From Candidatus Altiarchaeales archaeon WOR_SM1_SCG (GTDB taxonomy: Archaea > Altiarchaeota > Altiarchaeia > IMC4 > WOR-SM1-SCG): DNA of 62,700 nt. Each line of letters opens with the position of its first letter. Within the stretch, counting starts at the first letter, position 1. The stretch spans positions 1 to 62,700 of the forward strand of contig MCBE01000110.1 in NCBI GenBank assembly GCA_001723845.1, in the 5' to 3' direction. The notes under the pieces are model-generated. The model did not search any database, was not told where the DNA came from, and saw only the letters and a program-made list of their open reading frames with translations. Position numbers and translations under genes: made by a program. Below, one piece after another: positions 37,301 to 44,466 of this stretch.

Positions 37301-38646
37301 TCAAGCGTTATAATATTTATTCCGTTCTCTGTCTTTACTTCCCTGGTTTCCTTTTTCAGGTCTTTATCATCATAATAAAATTCATCCCCTGTTTTATAGG
37401 TTATTTCCAGTTCAACGTCCTTGTCCAGCGGATTCCCGTCAGGGTCTTTTGTGACGACAAGAAGCTGGAATAAAAGTCCCGGCTTAACCGCTCTTGAATC
37501 CGAAATTAATTGTAAAATTGTATCTGTTTCAGTGATCTTCAAAAGCTTTGTTGTTTTCTCCTCATGCCCTCCGGTGTCCGTTACAATAACGTTAAGAAGA
37601 AGGCTTCCCGCGCCGCCCGCGCCGAAAGTTCCCGACACGTACTCAACGGGCTTTAATGTGAACTCCTTTTTGCCCTCGTCATCTTTTGAAATGTCTGCTT
37701 CGAATGTTGTGTATTTGCTCCACTCGCCAACGTAACGGTAAGCATCAATGCTTAATTCTCCTTCAACAGGTTTCCCGAAAAAATACTGCGCATCAATTAC
37801 TCCTTTAATTTCCTCGTCAACCAAAAACCATTCCTTTGGCAGGTCTAAATTTATTTTAAATTTCGGAAGCACATACTTCTCAACCCTGACATCGAGAGTT
37901 TCCTTGCTCTGCGAGCCCTCAATATTTGCGTTAATTTTCCATGTCCCGAAGTTAAGCTCTGTTGCAAGAGGAAGGTCGAATGCCGTAACGCCTAAAATGT
38001 TTGTTTTTTCTGTTTTCTTGAAAATCTTAATTCCTTTCGCATCCTTGATTTCAATTACAACGTTTCTCTCAAGAGGATGCAAATTGTTGTTAACGACAAG
38101 AATTCTCCCCTGTATTGTCTGACCCGGCTTGTAGATGGGCTTGTCGGTTTCAATGAAGACTGCTGCATCTTCTCTTACTTTTACCTCTCCTTCCAGTGTT
38201 TTTGTGCCATCTTCAAATATGATCTCGTGATTACCCGGCTCAAGTTCCTCGGGAACGACAAATGAAACCACGATTTCTCCTTTTTCTGTTGTCTGGGTTT
38301 CAAACAACTTGGTTTTGTTCTCGGATGACATAAAAACCTTAACGCACTTGTTAACCGGCTTTCCTTCATCATCTTCCGTTCTTATCGTCACTGATGATTC
38401 ACTGCCCCGAAACATTAATTTGGGTGCGGTTATCGTGTATTCGGCGTCAATGGAACTTGTTTTATCACAGGGAACGGGTTCGTTCGTAGGAGAGTACTCC
38501 AATTCGGTTGGAAGCGGCTCCGGCTCTAACGGCGGCTTTTTTTGCTCTTCGATGCAGCCGCCTAAAAGTATAATTGAAATTGCAAATACTGTTAAAACAG
38601 TTAATAAATTCATTGTCCCTTTTAAATTTTTGTTTTTGGTTTTCAT
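34324..38646 (-). CDS. Alpha-2-macroglobulin family protein (1440 aa) with an intact thioester motif
   Basis: GMPYGCGEQNMMMF (CGEQ thioester). Lipobox-like LLGGCIEE after the signal segment. Its length and repeated beta-sandwich (MG-like) segments are typical of bacterial A2M. Confidence 0.85.
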   Translation of the reverse strand: MKTKNKNLKGTMNLLTVLTVFAISIILLGGCIEEQKKPPLEPEPLPTELEYSPTNEPVPCDKTSSIDAEYTITAPKLMFRGSESSVTIRTEDDEGKPVNKCVKVFMSSENKTKLFETQTTEKGEIVVSFVVPEELEPGNHEIIFEDGTKTLEGEVKVREDAAVFIETDKPIYKPGQTIQGRILVVNNNLHPLERNVVIEIKDAKGIKIFKKTEKTNILGVTAFDLPLATELNFGTWKINANIEGSQSKETLDVRVEKYVLPKFKINLDLPKEWFLVDEEIKGVIDAQYFFGKPVEGELSIDAYRYVGEWSKYTTFEADISKDDEGKKEFTLKPVEYVSGTFGAGGAGSLLLNVIVTDTGGHEEKTTKLLKITETDTILQLISDSRAVKPGLLFQLLVVTKDPDGNPLDKDVELEITYKTGDEFYYDDKDLKKETREVKTENGINIITLEAPEDISGVSITAKTGKTEIELPLSAAYSPGSNFIHIIQTSTGVPNVGDEVSFNVYSTGKSTVYYDIVGSGRTVFSGTAENEENTKTIKFKITPLIAKNNQAKIVAYQVNPNNEVSADTLPFKTKAEFPVNLEAKFSKEQAEPGEEIEIKFNVNSETVSMIGVGIVDESVYALAEGRLNLHQVFDELEKRFMDPQVEIHPPAVDWRGMPYETKGSKDILDESNIQVISSKNLTVPEGQKQEDMWGKGGGGGFPRGEVMEMALEDNAMPPAPQAAMKSDLTGDDGGEELQEPSRVRQFFPETWYWDPMLVTNSKGVAEVKLNVPDSITTWKMHAVSSSEEGIGMSDAELVVFQDFFVDSDIPYSVTRGEEFPIKIIIYNYLNDSQKVFIDLKKGDWFKLLDDANKEITVAGNGVSSVEFKVAPEKVGTKEFDIIARTTQRADAIKKTIIVEPEGTQREIVENGILSKDNSDVSVDVKMPDFIVPDSDKVLVSIAPSIVGQQMNGVENLLGMPYGCGEQNMMMFVPDVLILKYLKATEQINPEIQAKTEIFINTGYQRELTFQHKDGSFSAFGERDESGSLWLTDYVLMSFSEAREVKEIDENVLDEAAQWISDHQNDDGSWDTIGFVCHTDMMGGVSGKYTLTAFTVLALAEYGNTDTGVLNAAGEYLEDNLDENKDDSYALAISTLALYKLKSDKADDALKMLMNLAKEDENGIYWESTVKPPAPRYKYMPVPVSSQNVEITAYASLALMEVKDARASDAVKWISAQRNSQGGFSSTQDTVMAFRALITAAVMQGREVDAEISVLADGKEIKKFIINSGNFDVFQVIEAPIGVEKIELKFEGEGDINYQVVKKFNVVLPDMPLKTDLELQVEYETEGIEVNDMISVKVRTEYTGLSDSTGMMLIDVGVPTGFAPVTGTLDDLLDDKRITRYEIAGRKVIIYVNDLQRGEELSFEFKMIAKFPVKAQIPDSKAYSYYKPEVKGEVKGAEIEVK

Positions 38647-38717
38647 TTTAATTCACCTCTCTTTATTTTATTGTTTTTTATATTTATAAGTTTTTAATTT
38701 TATTTGAATTTTATTTT

Positions 38718-39569
38718 TTATTCTGATTTCTCTGACTCAGTGCAGGTGTTGTTTACGCATTCGCAGTAATTTCCGGAAGGCCATGCACCTGCAAATGCTT
38801 TGCCTTTATAAATAAAATTCCAGCAGCCACAACAAGGACGCGCTACACCGGAACAACCAAGACATAAACAATCCTCATTTTTTTCACAATAGGTTGTATT
38901 ATTAAGGTATTCAATTTTCGGGTACTTCGCAAGGATTTCACCGGAATACTCGTCAACTGCAATTCTGACAGAAGCATAATAATCTCCTTCATCTCCTGCC
39001 AGGTATTCTATCAGCCAATCCGATTTTGAGTTAGCGGTGCATTTACACATCATGTCGGGACGTAACACTTTCCCGGACGCACAGCAGCTTTGAAGCGTTT
39101 TTAGCTCAGCATCAGGATACAATTCAAGAAATCTCTGCACTTCCTCGGTCGCGCGGGCCGTTGCGATTGCCTGTTCTTCTGTGATTTTTGTTTCGTTTTC
39201 CAATGTATCATTTTTTGGTTGCTCTTCAAAAAATTCGCATTTTTTATTCACGCACCTGCATTCTCCCGGAACAAGCATGCATTGTACGCTCATCCCGTCC
39301 AATTCCGTCACACAGTTTTCGTTTTCATTGATGCAGCCGCAGCACGTTCGCTCACATTCGGTATCTGCCTCACAGGAGAGATTGCATCCGGAGGGATTAT
39401 TTATCGTGCAGCTGCCGGGTTTTTCTTCTTCAACGCACCCGCTGATTAAAACAATCCCAACTATTACCCAAATTCCGATTCCGGTTAATGTAATTTTAAT
39501 TTTATTTTTCATTTTTTTCTTCAGCTTTTCCAACTTCGTTCTCTTCAATTTTTCCTTTTTCATGTCCAA
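38718..39569 (-). CDS. Cys-rich lipoprotein-like protein (283 aa; the likely start is the internal Met at 39512) with a PepSY-like middle module
   Basis: Lipobox-like LISGCVEE. Cys clusters share the C.CV..KC pattern with the 597-aa protein. ITEEQAIATARATEEV...YYASVRIAVDEYSGEILAKY resembles PepSY. Confidence 0.65.
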   Translation of the reverse strand: MDMKKEKLKRTKLEKLKKKMKNKIKITLTGIGIWVIVGIVLISGCVEEEKPGSCTINNPSGCNLSCEADTECERTCCGCINENENCVTELDGMSVQCMLVPGECRCVNKKCEFFEEQPKNDTLENETKITEEQAIATARATEEVQRFLELYPDAELKTLQSCCASGKVLRPDMMCKCTANSKSDWLIEYLAGDEGDYYASVRIAVDEYSGEILAKYPKIEYLNNTTYCEKNEDCLCLGCSGVARPCCGCWNFIYKGKAFAGAWPSGNYCECVNNTCTESEKSE

Positions 39570-41766
39570 TTTTCCCGCGTTTCCCTGCGTATCCTCTCAC
39601 AATGAGGTATGCCCCGTAAATCGCTGCCGAAAGCACGACAAGCACCCACCCGAAAGTCGCGTAATACCATACCCCGCTCAAAAAGTAGGAAATGATTGAC
39701 GGAACGATAATTATCAATAAAATTTTAATTAACTGCCCCCTTAGATTTCTCAGGTTTCTGACAGCGTAAAATCCAGCAAAAAGTATGAATAATAATACAA
39801 TTCTCCCGATCCAGATGTGAATTCCCGAGTCAATGTATGATGCACCGACATTGAGTTTTTTATCTTCAACGACTAGGAGTTTTGTAAAAGTGTATGCTTT
39901 TCCGCTTTGAGGGATATTTATTCTTACCGGGAGAATTCCTTTTTCCGTTGCTTCCAGGATGTCCTGCTGAACTTGTTGAATTTCCGCATTTACTTTTGCA
40001 CCAATTTTTGCGCCATCTTCTTTTGCTTCGTATATTATATTTTCATCCCCCACATTTGATGCCTGCATTTGCGAGATGGTTGCTGCAGGTCTCGTTGCAG
40101 AGAGTGAAATGCCCGGTTTGTAACCTATAAAATAATCAACCTCTTCCAGATCACCTTCAAATTTTATAAAATCGTAATCCTCAGGTAAATATAATAATAA
40201 ATTAACCTGGCTTACCGGGATGTCAACTGACGGAATTTCAAAATCATTACTGCCGAAATATCCAAACCCTGAAGTGTTACTTATGTAAACAAATTCGACA
40301 GGGAAAGCGTAAAGCGAACCTTCATACCCTTGCGACCTTGATAATGGAATTAAAATTTTCCCGCTTTCATTGTCCCTTGCGGGCTTAACCGGCGCACCTG
40401 AAACAAATGCGCTCCATATTTCCGAGTCCTTCGGGAGGGTTACTTCAAGGAACTGCTTCCTGTTGTTTTTAATATAATATGTTGCTTTCGTTATGCTTTT
40501 TTCATCTTCCGTGAAAAGAGTTATGATTTCGGCGTAATCAACTGCTGCAACAAGAACCGGGATGTCCTCGTGCTTTTTTATGTCAAGGGTCACGGAGTAA
40601 GGATGCTTTAAATATTTGTAACCGAAAAGAAGCGGGTTTTTACTCCTGCTCCAGATGTCCTGGGGAAGCTCGTTTACATCAACCCTCGCAGCGCCGGATG
40701 ATTCAACGACGCTTATTTCAACATTTGTTCTTGCTTCAATCCCGATGTAACCTGTTTCCCGCTCCACATCAAGAACTTTAATTTCGGGAATGCTTGAAAC
40801 GGCGCTTGTCCCGCCCATGTCTTTTTCATAATTTAAAATAATTTTATAATTCTGGGTGATGTCATAAGGTGTTTGAATCAAAATAATATTATCCTCAATT
40901 TTGTAATCCTTAATCGGGTTTCCATAAAGGTCAGTAACTTCAAGAACAGAAACGCCTCCGGGAACCTGGACTCTGAACTGCCCGGCACTGCCCTGAGCAA
41001 TTGAATAATCAATAACCGAATAGCATTTCATAACCCCTTCGCCGACGGAGACCAGGGAATTGACTTCAGCATAAACTTTCGCAGGTAATTTTTCTTTAAT
41101 TATTTTCTCTCTTTTCGGGTGCCAGACAACCGAAAATCCGCTGCCGGAAACAAGTGTTGCCGTTGCTATTGTCTTATCGGGACTAAATGATTCCTCAATT
41201 CCCGGACCAAAGGATGGTTCAATTTCAATTCCGATGTCCGTTTCAGGTATTTCAATTCTTAATGTTGAAATTGATGTTTCGGGAAGATCGGCTAATTTTA
41301 CGGTTTTTGAATCGCCGGATATATCTTCATTAACCTCAACTAAAAAATTGATTTCTAATTTATGTTTCCCCTTTTTGTTATTTAATATAAGATAATTCAT
41401 GCCTCGCTCGGTAAACAGGGAAGTATCCATCCCGTCAATGCGGGCATTTTTAATTGCAAATTTTCCATTAATTAACCTGATTTTCACCCAGTTATCTGTT
41501 AAAATTTCAATATCATAAACTGCTGATGTTTCTGCAAAATCATCGTTCACAATTATATCGTAATTTGCTTTTGAGATTATATAGAAAGCAGGCGGCACAT
41601 CAGGCGGTGTTGTTGCATTTGCTGCAAACATTTTCTCAAGGTCAGAGAGAGTCCCGCAGAGCATTCCATCAGCTGATGCGTTTACTGCCAGAAGATTAAT
41701 AAAAATTAAAAATATTATTCCAAGTTTTATTTTATTTGTTCCGTTTATTTTATTTAGGATTTTCAT
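39502..41766 (-). CDS. Large exported protein with C-terminal transmembrane helices (754 aa), function unknown
   Basis: Signal-like N-terminus, a long beta-rich ectodomain, then two or three hydrophobic helices and a Lys/Glu-rich tail. Confidence 0.7.
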   Translation of the reverse strand: MKILNKINGTNKIKLGIIFLIFINLLAVNASADGMLCGTLSDLEKMFAANATTPPDVPPAFYIISKANYDIIVNDDFAETSAVYDIEILTDNWVKIRLINGKFAIKNARIDGMDTSLFTERGMNYLILNNKKGKHKLEINFLVEVNEDISGDSKTVKLADLPETSISTLRIEIPETDIGIEIEPSFGPGIEESFSPDKTIATATLVSGSGFSVVWHPKREKIIKEKLPAKVYAEVNSLVSVGEGVMKCYSVIDYSIAQGSAGQFRVQVPGGVSVLEVTDLYGNPIKDYKIEDNIILIQTPYDITQNYKIILNYEKDMGGTSAVSSIPEIKVLDVERETGYIGIEARTNVEISVVESSGAARVDVNELPQDIWSRSKNPLLFGYKYLKHPYSVTLDIKKHEDIPVLVAAVDYAEIITLFTEDEKSITKATYYIKNNRKQFLEVTLPKDSEIWSAFVSGAPVKPARDNESGKILIPLSRSQGYEGSLYAFPVEFVYISNTSGFGYFGSNDFEIPSVDIPVSQVNLLLYLPEDYDFIKFEGDLEEVDYFIGYKPGISLSATRPAATISQMQASNVGDENIIYEAKEDGAKIGAKVNAEIQQVQQDILEATEKGILPVRINIPQSGKAYTFTKLLVVEDKKLNVGASYIDSGIHIWIGRIVLLFILFAGFYAVRNLRNLRGQLIKILLIIIVPSIISYFLSGVWYYATFGWVLVVLSAAIYGAYLIVRGYAGKRGKIGHEKGKIEENEVGKAEEKNEK

Positions 41767-41813
41767 TTTTTTGGTTTTTATTAATTTAAAAATTTATTTG
41801 AATTTTAATTTGA

Positions 41814-42329
41814 TTATTGATTACTGATATTAACGGTCGTGTTTTTTATAACCCTGTTGTCATGCACAACAACAACATTAAGCGAACTTGTTATGTTTCT
41901 TTTCAAGCTTTCAAGTGAAGGAGGTGCGTTTTGTAATTTTTCAGGCATCCCGGGTATTGTTTCTTCAAGATATGCTTCTTTTGCATCCTCTTTTTTTAAA
42001 TCCGCATCTTCTCCCGTGACCATTACAGCCGGCTCTTCCTCAACGCCCCCGCCCCTGCCGATTGGTGCTTGAGCGCTTAATATTTCAGGTTCACCGGGAA
42101 AAATTTCATCATCTGCCCCGGCTTTTGATTCATTAACCAATGATTTATCTTCTTTTTGTTGTTCCTTTAAGTCAAGTATGATTGCAATTCCTTTCTCAGG
42201 GGTTTCCGCAGGATTTTCCAGATTTTGTTTACCGTTCATTGTCCCGGTAAAATAAGCGGCTATCACAAGCCCGATTCCTATGACTGCAAGCACAAGGAGC
42301 AGTGCAATTTTGGTTTTCATGTTTTTCAT
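41814..42329 (-). CDS. Membrane-anchored acidic protein (171 aa), function unknown
   Basis: One N-terminal TM (IALLLVLAVIGIGLVIAAYF), then a low-complexity acidic region. Confidence 0.55.
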   Translation of the reverse strand: MKNMKTKIALLLVLAVIGIGLVIAAYFTGTMNGKQNLENPAETPEKGIAIILDLKEQQKEDKSLVNESKAGADDEIFPGEPEILSAQAPIGRGGGVEEEPAVMVTGEDADLKKEDAKEAYLEETIPGMPEKLQNAPPSLESLKRNITSSLNVVVVHDNRVIKNTTVNISNQ

Positions 42330-42445
42330 TTCATTTATCTTTTTGAAAAATTAAATTAAAATTTTTGAAATTTTCTGAAAGTTGTATTAAATTATTAGAT
42401 GAAACACCATATACCTTAAAGTATGAAACCTGTTTCAAACCAGTT

Positions 42446-42937
42446 TCACTTCAACAAAACAAGATTTCCCATCCCCTTTCTTTTTCTCTCTAAAAGTCCC
42501 TTGTGCTCCAGTGCGTCCAGGCATCTCGTGACCTTTGCCTTGGCAAATCCCGTGCTTGTGACAAGTTCACTCTGGTACATTATGCCTTCTTCGGAGAGAA
42601 TTTTTTGATAAATCATTTTTTCATCTCCTTCAAGTGTTTTAATTATTTTTTCCCATTCATTTGTTTGCTTTGTTTCACCGGTTTTTTTGGTTTTGGAACC
42701 GGTTTCATCAGTATCAAAGAAAAGTAGGTACATGCCTGAAACAGCAAGAATCAATGTTGATGCAAAAATTATGATAACATCAGTTAATGTGAAAAGCCCG
42801 GGAATCTGTGTTATAGCAGTCTGGTTTCCTTCAACAAAAAGCTGTATTGACGCAGGGTTCAAAAGCTTTGTTCCCAGTATAAATACCGCTCCTACGAAGA
42901 GTGCTCCTGCAAACGCTGTTTTTCCTTTTATTTTCAT
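42446..42937 (-). CDS. Membrane-associated wHTH transcription regulator (163 aa; two TM helices + MarR/TrmB-like wHTH)
   Basis: Two N-terminal hydrophobic helices. The C-terminal part is EKMIYQKILSEEGIMYQSELVTSTGFAKAKVTRCLDALEHKGLLERKRKG. First gene of the minus-strand run leading to A2M. Confidence 0.65.
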   Translation of the reverse strand: MKIKGKTAFAGALFVGAVFILGTKLLNPASIQLFVEGNQTAITQIPGLFTLTDVIIIFASTLILAVSGMYLLFFDTDETGSKTKKTGETKQTNEWEKIIKTLEGDEKMIYQKILSEEGIMYQSELVTSTGFAKAKVTRCLDALEHKGLLERKRKGMGNLVLLK

Positions 42938-43042
42938 TTCCAGATAGATAATTTTTTATGTTCCAGTATTTTTATTAAATTTGAATTATTATATTTTTTT
43001 TTAATTTATGCTGGATTTTAATTTAAGTTAGGTAATAAAAGA

Positions 43043-43687
43043 ATGGCAAAAATAAAAGCGGTTTTATTTGACCTTGACGGGACACTTGTTGATACATTTG
43101 AGTCAATTGTAATTTCATTTAATGAAGCATTGAAATTCCTGGGAGCAAAACCTGCAAACAGGAAAATCTTAACAGAAAGCATAGGCGCGCCTCATGAAGT
43201 CACCCTGAAAAAATTTGTTCCCAAAGCAACGCGGGAGAAGATACATAAAGCAACCGATGTTTTCAGGAAAACGAGAGCAAAAACAACTGACAGGTACACG
43301 AAAGTCCTTCCAGGCGTTTCAAAATTATTGAAAAATTTAAAAAGTAAAAACATTAAAACAGGCGTTGTGACAACAACCGCAAAAGCCATGTCAGAACATA
43401 TTCTAAAAGCCGCGAATTTATATAATCTTATTGATGTTTTGATTACAAGAGATGATGTAGAAAATTTAAAGCCGGACCCTGAACCGGTGTTAAAAGCACT
43501 CGTGAAATTAAATTTAAACAATGACGAATGTGTAATGGTCGGGGACCACCCGAATGATATAATTTCTGCAAAGTCCGCAAATGTCAGAGTTATCGCAATT
43601 CCGAATGTCTATGATAAAGAAATTCTTGAAAAATACAAGCCGGATTATATTTTTGACCACATAATTGATGTTGAAAGTATAATTTAA
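43043..43687 (+). CDS. HAD-superfamily phosphatase (phosphoglycolate phosphatase-like)
   Basis: Motif I AVLFDLDGTLVDT, motif II VVTTT, motif IV VGDHPNDI. Confidence 0.8.
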   Translation: MAKIKAVLFDLDGTLVDTFESIVISFNEALKFLGAKPANRKILTESIGAPHEVTLKKFVPKATREKIHKATDVFRKTRAKTTDRYTKVLPGVSKLLKNLKSKNIKTGVVTTTAKAMSEHILKAANLYNLIDVLITRDDVENLKPDPEPVLKALVKLNLNNDECVMVGDHPNDIISAKSANVRVIAIPNVYDKEILEKYKPDYIFDHIIDVESII

Positions 43688-43770
43688 TTTTAATTTGTAA
43701 TTTAATTGTAATTTTAATAATTAAATTAATTAAAGATTGAAAGATTGAAAAATAACACGCATATCATAAA

Positions 43771-44460
43771 ATGCACATCGGCATAATACCTGACGGGAAC
43801 AGGAGATATATGCAGGAGGAGAACATAGACCTTGAAACCGCATACAGGAAAGGCATTGACAACTTTTACAACTGCCTTGAGTGGTGCATGGAACTCGGGG
43901 TTTCTGAAGTCACACTTTATGCACTATCAACAGAAAACATAAAAAACAGGAGCAAAGAGGAACTTGCGGTACTTTTTACGGTATTTGAAGAAATTTCAAA
44001 AAAAGCATTAAATGATGAACGGATTCATAAAAATAAAGTTCGTGTAAATATCTGCGGGGACATGAATTACCTGGAGAGGGCAATAAACACTTTAAATTTA
44101 AAATCTAATTTAATGAATAATTTAAATGACCTTAAAAATTCAACAAAAAATTACAATAAATTCACGCTGAATCTTGCAATCGCTTACGGTGGAAGGCAGG
44201 AGGTTATTTGCGCCGTAAAGAAAGTAGTTGAAGAGCGCGGGGAAATTAATGATAAAAACATTGAAAAACACCTGTGGGTAAAAAATGATGCGGACATAAT
44301 AATCAGGACGGGCGAGAACAGGATGAGCAACTTCCTTTTGTGGCAGTCCGCTTATTCAGAGGTCTTTTTTTCAGATAAACTCTGGCCGGGTTTTGAAAAA
44401 GAAGACCTTACGGGGATAATTGATGAATATAATTCACGAGAACGAAGATTCGGAAAGTAG
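43771..44460 (+). CDS. uppS: Cis-prenyltransferase (di-trans,poly-cis-polyprenyl/undecaprenyl diphosphate synthase)
   Basis: HIGIIPDGNRRY near the N-terminus and IIRTGENRMSNFLLWQSAYSEVFF...WP.F near the C-terminus. Confidence 0.85.
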   Translation: MHIGIIPDGNRRYMQEENIDLETAYRKGIDNFYNCLEWCMELGVSEVTLYALSTENIKNRSKEELAVLFTVFEEISKKALNDERIHKNKVRVNICGDMNYLERAINTLNLKSNLMNNLNDLKNSTKNYNKFTLNLAIAYGGRQEVICAVKKVVEERGEINDKNIEKHLWVKNDADIIIRTGENRMSNFLLWQSAYSEVFFSDKLWPGFEKEDLTGIIDEYNSRERRFGK

Positions 44461-44466
44461 CAAAGA

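Noticed and set aside
33270-39699. Numerous 60-170 aa plus-strand ORFs (e.g. 33270..33641, 36224..36676, 37748..38122, 39181..39699)
   Set aside because: All lie antisense within long, well-supported minus-strand genes (the A2M and Cys-rich protein genes) and have no recognisable motifs.
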